Shown one piece after another: positions 15,798 through 25,357 of a DNA stretch of 64,000 nucleotides (position 1 is the stretch's first letter; the number at the start of each line of letters is the position of its first letter). The notes under the pieces were generated by a model. That model was not told where the DNA came from and did not search any database. It saw nothing but the letters and a program-made list of their open reading frames with translations. Position numbers and translations under genes: made by a program. Source of the DNA: an uncultured Elusimicrobia bacterium (GTDB lineage Bacteria; Elusimicrobiota; Elusimicrobia; 2-01-FULL-59-12); contig OY969767.1 of assembly GCA_963702895.1 (NCBI GenBank), forward strand, positions 1,952,001 to 2,016,000. The letters run 5' to 3'.

Positions 15798-18617
15798 TTA
15801 CTTCAAGATGTCGATTTCGACACGCCTGTTTTGCTGGCGCCCCTCTTCCGTGACATTCGTGGAGACCGGTCTGGACTTCCCGTAGCCGACCACACGCAGA
15901 CGAGAACGGTCCACCCCACGCTGCACGAGAAAATTTGCCACCGCCTGGGCACGCCTCTCAGACAGTTCTTGATTATACGATGAACTCCCTGTCGAATCCG
16001 TATGCCCACTGATGCGCAACGCATTGGTGGGATAGGCCTTCAGAAGATTCTGTACCTGGTTCAGACCTTCTTCCGAGGATGCCTTCAAATCATACTTATT
16101 GACGTCAAAGAGTACACGTGAGCTGAGCGTGACCCGCAAGCCTTCCGCCGTCGTTTTCAGAATGTAAAGCTTCCCGGAAACCGCGGTTTCTGGAGACATG
16201 GGGGGCGTTTGCAGCTCGAAACGGCGAGCGGGGCTCGTGACCTCGTTGCCATAGAGGTCGACCGCCCAAAGCGCAGCGTTGTAGCTTCCTGAGGACAAAG
16301 CTTTTCCGTCGGCGTCCAAACCGTCCCACTGAATCACCTTGCGCGGCACACCATTGCCCTCCCAGGTACGGACAGTTTTCCCCTGCGCGTCGCGAACGAT
16401 GAGTTTCCACGAAAGCACGCCCGCGGGGGCCTCGGCCTGGGGATAGAACGTCAAGGTGCGGTCTGCGCCGGCCCCTCCTGGCCTGAAGGAATCCGCGCTG
16501 AGCTCCACCTTCGCCTCCGGCAAAGCTTGCGGCAAAGGTCGTCCCATGGATTTAAATTTCTGTTCAAAGTTTTTCTCGAAAGTAAAATGATAGGTGAGAT
16601 AGAGCCGGTATTCGTTGAACGCCGCTGTATCCGCTCCGATATAGTCGTTGGTCATACGCGTGCCGGTGTAGCGAAAGCCCGCTTCGAAGCTCTTAAGAAA
16701 ATTATAGGAGAGCCCCGCCTGATACACCCTGTGATAGGCCCAGCCCATCTGGACGTGATAATCCAGCGGCCCCCAAACGTCTTGGCCGTACCGGAAATAC
16801 CCTTTGATCGCGTCATACTGCACGCGCAGTCCACCTGAGAGAAAGACCGTCGTCGGCTTATAAAAATTCGACCCCGGTGTGTAGGCGAGGCCCGTCCCCG
16901 CGAGCGCTTCCCCGCCAGAAAGGTCCGCGATCACGCGCCACTGGTCACGCCGGAAGCGGACGAGGCCTGTGGCCGAGCTGAACGGATGATCGGTCGCAAG
17001 TGCTCCCGAGAGCTGGTAAGACACGGGGTCATACAGGAGATTTCGGTCCTCATCCCAATAATAAATTCGGTCGGTGTTGGTGGGGTATTGAACCACCCGG
17101 TACTGCAAGGCTCCGGTCCAGGTGGGTTCGAGGTCCGGATTGATGTTCCAGTCTTCTACAACGTTCCTTTGAAACTGGAAAAAAGGTGTGCCTGGCGTCG
17201 GGTTCCACACGAGCGTGAGGCTCCCGACATGAGCCTTGCGGTTCTCCCAAGCGACACGGAAGGGATCATCCGGACCGCGCGGAATCTGGAGGAACGCGCC
17301 CGGGTTGGAAGACGTGCCCTCATACACCGTCGGAACGGGACTCTCCAGGGGCTGCCGGTAAACATAGGCAGCCGATACGGACCAATCGCGGAAGGTGCGG
17401 TTGCCATCCAAGTCCACTTGGTGCTTGTTGCCTGCGGCAAGACCCGCGTAGGTATAACCCAGTCCCACATGGTCCACCCATTGGGTGGGATGGATCTCCG
17501 TGCGGGTCGTAAACCCAAAGGCCTGCGACGTTTTGAGCGTCTTGACGTCGGAAAGGGAAGTGGAATCCGCCGTCTGATAGGTGTAGCCCACCCGGAAGGG
17601 CTGGTAAAGAAGACCTGCGTGCCATTGGAGGCGCTCGCTGTGCTGGCCGCTCGCGTTGTACGAGAGCCCCCATCGCCGCTCGTTGGGGTCCTCTAAGCCA
17701 AAAGGGACGTTTTCGTTTCGGTAGACGATGGATTGTTCCACGTTGCCAAAGGTTGGAGCGTCATATTTCACAAAAGCGCTGGAACCATACCCCCATCGGA
17801 ATTCAGTACCGCCAAGGGCGGTCAGAGTCCCCAGGGGGGTGGTCGCGCGCATCTCACCTCCACGGGGGGTGAGGGTCCCGGCCAGGCGCCGGTAGTATTC
17901 AACATCGTACTGAGGCGGGAGGAGTTGAAAGAGATCGTTCTGGGAGGTCCAGCCATAATGAGGAACGCCCTCAAAACCGCGGATCATAAAAGGCTTTGTG
18001 TCGTATTTAATTTCGCCCCGAACGATCTTGGCGTGCACATCGTCCTTGTACATGCGGAGCTCATCGTTGACGGGGAACCAATAGCGTTGGTCATAATTGC
18101 CCACGAACTCCGCGCCCAAGTCTGCCGAGAGGGCTTCGATAGGGTGGGCTCCGAAATTGAGATAAGCGTTCTGCCCCATTCGCGCGGACGCGTCTTCCTG
18201 GAAAGTACTGCCCGGCGTAAACGTGTAGACATTGTTGATGCCGGTCGGCGAGGCTTCCACGTCCCAACTCTTCTTGGTGCGGTGAGCGGTCAACTCCGCA
18301 TCGAGCGCAGCATCCAACCGGATCGATCCCACCGCGAGCTTGGAGGCGCTATAGTCCGTGATGGGGTTCGCCACTCTGCCCTGCCACCAGGGCACATAGA
18401 GATCTTCCAGCCAAGCGGAAGATCCGGTTGGTCTTGCGTAAATCGGATGATTCAACCAACTCAACTCATCCATCCATGGCGGATTATAGGCTTCGGAGGA
18501 AGAGGCCCTAACAGACGCGCAAGGAAGAAGAAGGAAGATCAGGGAACAGAAGAGAATATGAGGAAGCGATTGTTTTCTGGTCATTTCAGGCATCGCCCGT
18601 GTCGATCTTCGATCCAT
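15798..18617 (-). CDS. large putative outer-membrane beta-barrel protein with C-terminal FlgD-like Ig and OmpA domains
   Basis: Signal peptide; aromatic/Gly-rich alternating strands ending YRLYLTYHFTF; WKLIVRDAQGKTVRTW..WDG Ig motif; SGHTDSTG..NRRVEI OmpA domain. Start uncertain (18584-18617). Confidence 0.72.
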   Translation of the reverse strand: MDRRSTRAMPEMTRKQSLPHILFCSLIFLLLPCASVRASSSEAYNPPWMDELSWLNHPIYARPTGSSAWLEDLYVPWWQGRVANPITDYSASKLAVGSIRLDAALDAELTAHRTKKSWDVEASPTGINNVYTFTPGSTFQEDASARMGQNAYLNFGAHPIEALSADLGAEFVGNYDQRYWFPVNDELRMYKDDVHAKIVRGEIKYDTKPFMIRGFEGVPHYGWTSQNDLFQLLPPQYDVEYYRRLAGTLTPRGGEMRATTPLGTLTALGGTEFRWGYGSSAFVKYDAPTFGNVEQSIVYRNENVPFGLEDPNERRWGLSYNASGQHSERLQWHAGLLYQPFRVGYTYQTADSTSLSDVKTLKTSQAFGFTTRTEIHPTQWVDHVGLGYTYAGLAAGNKHQVDLDGNRTFRDWSVSAAYVYRQPLESPVPTVYEGTSSNPGAFLQIPRGPDDPFRVAWENRKAHVGSLTLVWNPTPGTPFFQFQRNVVEDWNINPDLEPTWTGALQYRVVQYPTNTDRIYYWDEDRNLLYDPVSYQLSGALATDHPFSSATGLVRFRRDQWRVIADLSGGEALAGTGLAYTPGSNFYKPTTVFLSGGLRVQYDAIKGYFRYGQDVWGPLDYHVQMGWAYHRVYQAGLSYNFLKSFEAGFRYTGTRMTNDYIGADTAAFNEYRLYLTYHFTFEKNFEQKFKSMGRPLPQALPEAKVELSADSFRPGGAGADRTLTFYPQAEAPAGVLSWKLIVRDAQGKTVRTWEGNGVPRKVIQWDGLDADGKALSSGSYNAALWAVDLYGNEVTSPARRFELQTPPMSPETAVSGKLYILKTTAEGLRVTLSSRVLFDVNKYDLKASSEEGLNQVQNLLKAYPTNALRISGHTDSTGSSSYNQELSERRAQAVANFLVQRGVDRSRLRVVGYGKSRPVSTNVTEEGRQQNRRVEIDILK

Positions 18618-18670
18618 GGGTCTTTCTTGAGATCCCTCTATTCCCTGATGATGTTTCAACTTCTCTTTTC

Positions 18671-20596
18671 TCACGGCAGTCCTCGTTCCGCCCATGCCCG
18701 TGGGTTCCAAAGCTCATTCTGGAAAAGAAAGTAGGCCTTACGCAACTGTCTCTCATAAGGACTGTGCTGCCCGCTTCCTTGACCGGCAATCCCGTACCAT
18801 TCTTCATAGCTCCAACCATCGGGGAAAGGACCTGCAAACTGACCGGTCGTATCTTGAACGGCAGGATCAAAGGTAGGAGGCGTTCCAGCTTTCCACCATT
18901 CGTCGATCCACTCGAAGATCACGCCTCCCAAGGCGTTCCCGACGCCGGCGCCTCCCGCCAAGTTCCATTCGATATCGAGCCAGTTCTGGCGTAAATAGTC
19001 CGCTTGGAGCTGTTCCGCTTCTTCCTGGGACTTGTTGCGGTGATACGCGGGACAACCGAATTCCGAGATAAAGACCGGCTTGCCCCATTCATCCTGAACG
19101 TCTTGCCAAAAACTATCGCCTGCGCCTTGCGCGCCGCGGTAGGCGTTCGCCCCAAAGATATCCACGTCCGGACAGAGTGTTTTTGCTTTATCGATAAAAA
19201 CAAGGTCGCCGTTGGAGAGCGCCACGGGGTGGTGCGGATCAATCGATTTGATGAGCTGCGCGGCTTTGTTGAGAAAGGCGTAGTAGACGTCGGGAAACTG
19301 CCGGCTATTGTTCGCGTTACCATAGTTGTTCTCGTTGCCCAACACCCAAAAAAGAATGTAGGGCTCATCCTTGTACCCTTCGACCATACGACGCACGGAG
19401 GCGAGCATTTTCTCCTGCTGCCCGCTATCACGATAATCGGTCCCCTCACCCCACTCCGCGTCAGACCCAATCGTATAAGCGCCCAGGAAATCGCCCATGA
19501 TGACTCGTAAACCGTAGGTGAGATAGGCGTCCCGCAGCAGTTCCTTATTATGACCGTGATGATAAATTCTCAGGGTATTGACCCCCATGTCCTTCAGCAA
19601 TTTAAAATCCCCAACCACGGCTCCTTTCTTACTGAGTTTCCCGTTCTTGTATTTGCCGACCCAAGCATCGTAGGGGCCATCAATTCGGCCGTTCTTGTTT
19701 TGGTCCGAGATCATCCAATCACGATGGACCACCAACGTACCGTTATCAGGGGATGTCCCGATAGGGCTCACGCTGTAGGTGATACCCCGGACAACAAAGG
19801 GACGACCCTTGACGATGAGTTTCCAGTGCCCATTGGCGTACTGGTTTAAGCGGACTTTCCCCTTGCCGAGAGTTTGTCGAACCTCCAGTTTCGTCAAGTC
19901 GATCCGTGAAGGTTCTTGGCGTTTTGGAGGGGCCGATACCATTCGGCCGGGATGGATCTCGAAGCCGTCATTAAGAGGATCTTCATCGTAGCGTCGGTGA
20001 ATCCGGATCCTGGCTCCCTCTAGGCGAATCCCGAGCTCCGGATATTTTCGAGTCAAAAAAGCGACATGGTCCAGGGCCGTGGGGCCAACGTACCAGGGCG
20101 TTTTCCAGGAGGTGCTGCCCGAGGCTCTGGGGAAGTGGACGACCGCGGCGTAATAGGCCTTGAGCGCATGCTTGTAGAGTCCCGCCTTTTCGAGCATCAT
20201 CGCCGCATAGAATTGCTTGAGTCCTCCTGGCTGGCCATGGGTCGAGGACCATTTGAAGAAATTAGCCTGCACATCATCGGAGGTCACAAAGTCCCACTCG
20301 CTGCCTGCGAGTTTCTTTTCATAATGCATTTTCTGATAGGCCGGGTCCTTCAGCAGGCCGTTGACGTTCGGATAAATCCCTTCCCCCGCCGCGCGCGCGA
20401 GACCCTCTCGGTCGTGGATATAGTAACGGTAGCTCGCGGTTCCCAAACCCTTGAACGCGCCGTATTGATCGTAGTTGACAATGTCTTCGGTGCCCGGATC
20501 ATGCAGCACAAACAACGCGCTTGCTTCGGCATGCGCACCAGCTGCCATCAGAAGGACGAGCGTTGCAGCGATAGAGGAGGATCCGATTCGGCTCAT
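18671..20596 (-). CDS. secreted clan GH-A (GH2-like TIM barrel) glycoside hydrolase
   Basis: MGVNTLRIY, WVLGNENNYG (acid/base), ISEFG (nucleophile), FEWIDEWWK. Confidence 0.82.
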   Translation of the reverse strand: MSRIGSSSIAATLVLLMAAGAHAEASALFVLHDPGTEDIVNYDQYGAFKGLGTASYRYYIHDREGLARAAGEGIYPNVNGLLKDPAYQKMHYEKKLAGSEWDFVTSDDVQANFFKWSSTHGQPGGLKQFYAAMMLEKAGLYKHALKAYYAAVVHFPRASGSTSWKTPWYVGPTALDHVAFLTRKYPELGIRLEGARIRIHRRYDEDPLNDGFEIHPGRMVSAPPKRQEPSRIDLTKLEVRQTLGKGKVRLNQYANGHWKLIVKGRPFVVRGITYSVSPIGTSPDNGTLVVHRDWMISDQNKNGRIDGPYDAWVGKYKNGKLSKKGAVVGDFKLLKDMGVNTLRIYHHGHNKELLRDAYLTYGLRVIMGDFLGAYTIGSDAEWGEGTDYRDSGQQEKMLASVRRMVEGYKDEPYILFWVLGNENNYGNANNSRQFPDVYYAFLNKAAQLIKSIDPHHPVALSNGDLVFIDKAKTLCPDVDIFGANAYRGAQGAGDSFWQDVQDEWGKPVFISEFGCPAYHRNKSQEEAEQLQADYLRQNWLDIEWNLAGGAGVGNALGGVIFEWIDEWWKAGTPPTFDPAVQDTTGQFAGPFPDGWSYEEWYGIAGQGSGQHSPYERQLRKAYFLFQNELWNPRAWAERGLP

Positions 20597-20791
20597 TTTA
20601 GATGCTCATTCTGGCAAATTTGTAATCGCGAGGCCATAGGCTTCTTAGGTCATCTTGTCGGCCCGGAAGGCCTATGGAAAATGTGAGCCCTGCACGCGGC
20701 CTCACCGCCGGAGGAGGATCATTGACAAATTGCGTGACCTTATGTTTTGATGCTTCGTTCTTATTCTCGCTCTAAGGGAGAGGGTTTTCTC

Positions 20792-22252
20792 ATGAGTCCA
20801 TCCGTCCAAAATCAAACCGCCGAAAAAGATCGTGTCCCGCTTTTCCAGAAAATCGCCTATGGCATGGGCGCCTTGGCCAATAACCTCGTGCCGGCAAGTC
20901 TCGGCTGCATGGTCATCGTTCTCAATCTTGGACTCGGAATGGACCCGGGGAAGATCGGCTTGATTCTGGCCATATCCAAACTTGTCGACGCTATTGCCGA
21001 TCCCGTGATCGGGTATATCTCCGATCACACATCGTTTCGCTGGGGGAGGCGCCGGCCTTACATTCTCATCGGCGTTCTGCTCACGGGCCTCATTTACGCC
21101 CTGATGTGGCAACTGCCGGCCGGCCACAGCCAGCGTTTCTACTTCTGGTTCTTTCTGATCGGGACCAGCGCCCTCTTCATCATCTATCCGTTTTTCTCGG
21201 TCCCCTTTATTGGTCTCGGGTACGAAATGACAGCGGATTACCATGAGCGGACGAGGATCCAGGGCTTTTCGAACTTCATTGGCCAGGCCGCCTGGACGGC
21301 CGCACCCTGGTTTTGGTGGGTGATGAGCAACAAAGATTACTTTCCTGATAGCCCCACCGGCGCGCGGGCACTCGCCATCGGAGTCGGTGTTTCGATTGCG
21401 ATCCTGGGCCTTTTGCCTGGCCTGTTCTGCAAGGAGCCCTTCTTTAAGATTGCCGTGAAAGAACAAGAGCAGAAGAAGAGAGACTTAATCGAAGGGCTGA
21501 AGCATCACGTGACCGGCTTTTTCCGGGGTTTCTGGATCACCCTGAGAAATCGACGGTTCCTTCAGTTGGCGGCGGCGACGTTTCTGATTTTTAACGGTTT
21601 CCAGATGATCGCCGGCCTGGGGAACTACACGATCATCTATTACCTTTTCGGGGGAGATCAGAGCGCGCAGACCTCCGGGAAATATATTGGAATGTTTGGC
21701 AGCCTGTCGTCCGCCTTCACCTACGTCATCATCTTTTTCATCACCTGGATGGCGACGAAAATCGGGAAGAAAAAGGCTTTCATCATATCTACCACCATCG
21801 CGATCATCGGGTACGCGATCAAATGGCCCTTCTACAGGCCGGGCTCGCCGGAATTGATCTTGTTCGCCGCGCCGCTCATTGCTTTCGGATTGGGCGGCCT
21901 CTTCACCACGATCGCCGCCATGGTCGCCGACGTTTGTGATGAAGACGAATTGGAGACGGGCCAGCGCCGCGAGGCCACCTTTGGCGCCATCTTCTGGTGG
22001 ATGGTGAAATTAGGCATGGCTGTTGCGCTCGCCGCTTCGGGCTACTTGCTGAACTTGACGGGCTTTCATCAGGAGCTCGGTGGGAACCAAACGGCCCGGA
22101 CCCTCTTTCTCTTGAGGGCTTTCGAGATTGGAATTCCGATCGTGGCCTATCTCTTGGCCATTGTGATCATGTGGCGCTACGATCTGACTCAGGAGAAGGC
22201 CCAGGAAATCCGGAAGGAATTGGAACGTCGTCGCGGCCAAGCCACGGCCTAA
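20792..22252 (+). CDS. GPH family (MelB-like, MFS_2) glycoside:cation symporter
   Basis: DAIADPVIGYISD, WGRRRPY, EMTADYHERT, ADVCDEDELETGQRRE; about 12 TM segments. Confidence 0.92.
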   Translation: MSPSVQNQTAEKDRVPLFQKIAYGMGALANNLVPASLGCMVIVLNLGLGMDPGKIGLILAISKLVDAIADPVIGYISDHTSFRWGRRRPYILIGVLLTGLIYALMWQLPAGHSQRFYFWFFLIGTSALFIIYPFFSVPFIGLGYEMTADYHERTRIQGFSNFIGQAAWTAAPWFWWVMSNKDYFPDSPTGARALAIGVGVSIAILGLLPGLFCKEPFFKIAVKEQEQKKRDLIEGLKHHVTGFFRGFWITLRNRRFLQLAAATFLIFNGFQMIAGLGNYTIIYYLFGGDQSAQTSGKYIGMFGSLSSAFTYVIIFFITWMATKIGKKKAFIISTTIAIIGYAIKWPFYRPGSPELILFAAPLIAFGLGGLFTTIAAMVADVCDEDELETGQRREATFGAIFWWMVKLGMAVALAASGYLLNLTGFHQELGGNQTARTLFLLRAFEIGIPIVAYLLAIVIMWRYDLTQEKAQEIRKELERRRGQATA

Positions 22253-22270
22253 CCCCTTCTTCGCAGGGTT

Positions 22271-23161
22271 CTACATCTTCAGCGCGCCAGCGGTAATCCC
22301 CGCCACAATTGAGCGCTGCATGACAAAATAAAGAGAAACAATCGGAACAATGGAGATGGCAATTCCCGCCATGAGCAGCGGGTACTCCGTGATGTGCGAT
22401 CCCTGGAACACCATCAGTCCCCGCTGCAGAGGCATGAGCGAGCGATCAGAGAGCACCAGCATCGCCAAGAGATACTCGTTCCAAACCGCCAGCGCATTAA
22501 AGACGGCAAGCACCGCCACCGCCGGCCGAGCCAGCGGCATCGCGACGTGCCAGTACACTTGAAACTTGTTGCACCCGTCGATGCGCGCCGCATCCTCCAA
22601 ATCCGGGGGCAGCTTGTCGAAGAAAGTCTTGAGCAGAAAAACACCGAGCGCCAACCCCCCATTGATCTGGGGAAGGATGTATCCCAGACGCGTATCGACC
22701 AAGCCCAGTTTGGTGAGCACGACATAGAGCGCGATGAAGGAGCCCGGGATCGGGATCATCATGGTGGAGATAATAATGATGAACAGGACATTCCGGCCCG
22801 GGAATTTGAGGCGTGAGAAGGCGTAGGCCGCAAGTGACGAGACCACGATCACTCCGAAGACTACGACCGTGGTGTAGAAAATGCTGTTGAAAAAATATTG
22901 CCCGAAATGGCCGCGCGTCCAGGCCTCGGCATAGTTCTCCCAATGGGGATGGCGGACCCAGAGGCTCATGTCGGAAAAAACCGTGCTCTGCGTCTTGAGG
23001 CTGGAAGCCAACATCCAAACGAGCGGGAACAGGCACGCCGCGGCCACCGCCAGGCACACCACGTGGGCCGCGGCGTGCCGCATCCAGTGCTGCATCTTAT
23101 AGACCCAGACGTGGAACTGAAATTTCTTCGTGGGTCGCGCCGGGATTGTCTCCTCGCTCAT
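22271..23161 (-). CDS. carbohydrate ABC transporter permease (MalG-like)
   Basis: LEDAARIDGC EAA loop; AAYAFSRLKFPGR; start MSEETIP. Confidence 0.92.
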   Translation of the reverse strand: MSEETIPARPTKKFQFHVWVYKMQHWMRHAAAHVVCLAVAAACLFPLVWMLASSLKTQSTVFSDMSLWVRHPHWENYAEAWTRGHFGQYFFNSIFYTTVVVFGVIVVSSLAAYAFSRLKFPGRNVLFIIIISTMMIPIPGSFIALYVVLTKLGLVDTRLGYILPQINGGLALGVFLLKTFFDKLPPDLEDAARIDGCNKFQVYWHVAMPLARPAVAVLAVFNALAVWNEYLLAMLVLSDRSLMPLQRGLMVFQGSHITEYPLLMAGIAISIVPIVSLYFVMQRSIVAGITAGALKM

Positions 23162-23162
23162 G

Positions 23163-24047
23163 TTAGACACCGCGGGAGGACCATTTCGAAAGACGCATCT
23201 GAACGAGGGACACCGCCAATAACACCAGGCCAAACAAAATCCCGAGCGAGCAGGCGTAGCCAAACCGCGAAGAACCGACCATGGCCACCAAAATCCTCGT
23301 AATCGGCACTTCCGTATGATAGCCGGGCCCCCCATTGGTGGTGGACACGATAATGTCGAAAATCTGCATCGTTCCCAGGATGGTCAAGATCGAGACCAAA
23401 AAGAAGACGGGCATCATGAGGGGCACGGTGATCTTCGAAAAGACCGTCCATTCCCCTGCACCGTCCACTTTGGCAGCCTCGTTGAGTTCCCGGGGAATGG
23501 CTTGAAGGCCGGCGAGCAAAATGACAAAGCCCCACCCGAACCCCTTCCACATGTGGATCACGGACACCGCGTAGAGCGCCGTCTTGGGATCGGCGAGCCA
23601 TGCGCGGACCCACGAGCCAAGACCCAAAGCTTGCAGGGCATGGTTCAAGAGGCCATGCGTCCCATTGAAAATCCAGTTCCAGACGAGGCCCACCACAATC
23701 CCGGAGAGGACCGGCGGCAGATAAAACACGACACGATAGAAATTTTTCCCCTCAATTTCACGGTCCACGATGAGCGCCAGAATTAAGGCCAGTGTGTTCT
23801 GGAGCGTGAGCGCCAGGAGCGTCAGCACGGCCGCGTTGCGCATCGAGATCCACCAGGGCTCATCATGGAAGAGTGCTCCCACAAAGTTCGACAGCCCCAC
23901 AAAATTCATGTGCGTGGAGATGCCATCCCACTCGAAGACGCTTAACTGGAAGACCTTGAAAAATGGAAATACCGAAAAGACGACGAAGAGCAGCACCGCC
24001 GGCAGCACGAAGAGATAATTAGCGAGAAGATCTTTGAGCCTGTTCAC
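23163..24047 (-). CDS. carbohydrate ABC transporter permease (MalF-like)
   Basis: FVGLSNF, LAGLQAIPRELNEAAKVDGA, ITVPLM. Confidence 0.92.
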   Translation of the reverse strand: MNRLKDLLANYLFVLPAVLLFVVFSVFPFFKVFQLSVFEWDGISTHMNFVGLSNFVGALFHDEPWWISMRNAAVLTLLALTLQNTLALILALIVDREIEGKNFYRVVFYLPPVLSGIVVGLVWNWIFNGTHGLLNHALQALGLGSWVRAWLADPKTALYAVSVIHMWKGFGWGFVILLAGLQAIPRELNEAAKVDGAGEWTVFSKITVPLMMPVFFLVSILTILGTMQIFDIIVSTTNGGPGYHTEVPITRILVAMVGSSRFGYACSLGILFGLVLLAVSLVQMRLSKWSSRGV

Positions 24048-25326
24048 GCTTGAGTTTTTCAAGGGCTTCGGCCACCTGAAGGGGTGTTTTTTCGCCGATC
24101 AAAATCGATTGGATGCCTTTCCCCAACGCCTCGCTGACGGTCGGGTTCTCGGTGACGGGCCATTGGGAAGGATGTGTCGTGTGGTCCATGCCTCGGGCAA
24201 ACGCGGACAAAAGTGGGCTCAGCTGCCCGAGGCTGGCGCGGTTGGCTGGCAGGTTCAACGTCGCCTGGGACAGGTAGACCTGCTGCGGCTCCGCGGTCAG
24301 CCAACGCAGGAACTGGATCGCTTGTTCTTTTTTGGGTGAGTTGGCATTCACCATGAAAGAGGACCCGCCGCCGCCCCATATTTTCATGGGGTAACGGCTC
24401 GAAACCCGCGGTGGGACCATTGGCGCGTAAGACAGGTTCGGGTTCATGCCCCGGAAGGGGTTGACACACCAGGAGCCGTTGAAGGCAAAGGCCGCCTGGC
24501 CGTTGGCGAAGGCCTGCTCGGCCGATTTATTGATCATGGTCACGGCACCGCTCGCCAAAAGCCCCTCACGGCGGATTTCATCAAAAAGGGAGAAAACGCG
24601 GATCCAGTCAGGATCCGTGTAGGGCACCTTCCCACGATAGGTGTCGAACACCTTCGAGTCTCCCATGACATTGAAGGCGTAGTTGGAAGCAAAGCAGTTG
24701 ATGAGCCAGGCTTCGCCCCATCCACTCACCAAACCCGCGATTCCGGCGGCTTTGAGCTTGCGCCAGACGCCGAGAAATTCTTCCCAGGTGCGTGGCGGTC
24801 TTTCGGGGTCAAGCCCTGCCTTCCGGAAAAGATCTTTGTTGTAGAGCATCTGGATGTTGGTCACGTCGATGGGCACCCCGTAGATGCCGGGTTTCACCTC
24901 ATAGGGATTGCCCGCGTGAAAGGCATTGGTCGCGAGGGCCTTTGGAAAGATTTCCTTTTTCCAGGCACCCCCATCGGCCGACATCTCGGGCTCAAGATTC
25001 GCGATATGGCCCGCCTTGATGTAGCTGGCGAGGTCCCAGGGCTCCCCCAGCACGCCGAAGATCTCGGGAAGCGTGTGGGTTTGGGCGGAGGCACGGATGC
25101 GGGACGAGAAGACATCCGAGGGGGCATAAAGCTCCACACGAATGCTCACCCCCGTCGCTTGCCGATATTGGTCTGCCAGCTTCTGCAGGGCTTCATCGCG
25201 ATCGGTCATCCAGTGCCAGAGGACAACATCCTGATTGGATCTCGCCTGCTGCGAGCAGCCCTGGAATGCGGCCAGTCCAAAGGCAGCGCAGAGAAGAAGC
25301 TTCCGTCGATGAACACGAAAACGCAT
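24019..25326 (-). CDS. sugar ABC transporter substrate-binding lipoprotein
   Basis: Lipobox AFQGC; LYNKDLFRKAGLDPERPPRTWEEF; FANGQAAF. Confidence 0.9.
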   Translation of the reverse strand: MRFRVHRRKLLLCAAFGLAAFQGCSQQARSNQDVVLWHWMTDRDEALQKLADQYRQATGVSIRVELYAPSDVFSSRIRASAQTHTLPEIFGVLGEPWDLASYIKAGHIANLEPEMSADGGAWKKEIFPKALATNAFHAGNPYEVKPGIYGVPIDVTNIQMLYNKDLFRKAGLDPERPPRTWEEFLGVWRKLKAAGIAGLVSGWGEAWLINCFASNYAFNVMGDSKVFDTYRGKVPYTDPDWIRVFSLFDEIRREGLLASGAVTMINKSAEQAFANGQAAFAFNGSWCVNPFRGMNPNLSYAPMVPPRVSSRYPMKIWGGGGSSFMVNANSPKKEQAIQFLRWLTAEPQQVYLSQATLNLPANRASLGQLSPLLSAFARGMDHTTHPSQWPVTENPTVSEALGKGIQSILIGEKTPLQVAEALEKLKREQAQRSSR

Positions 25327-25357
25327 AGGAAAATCAGCGCGGATTATACTTGATCGA

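Noticed and set aside
17733..18734. Long antisense ORFs (e.g. 17733-18734, 26132-27097, 37633-38646, 59734-60774, 61308-62306, 9172-10155)
   Set aside because: They are shadows of well-supported genes or the intron on the opposite strand in GC-rich DNA, with no motifs of their own.
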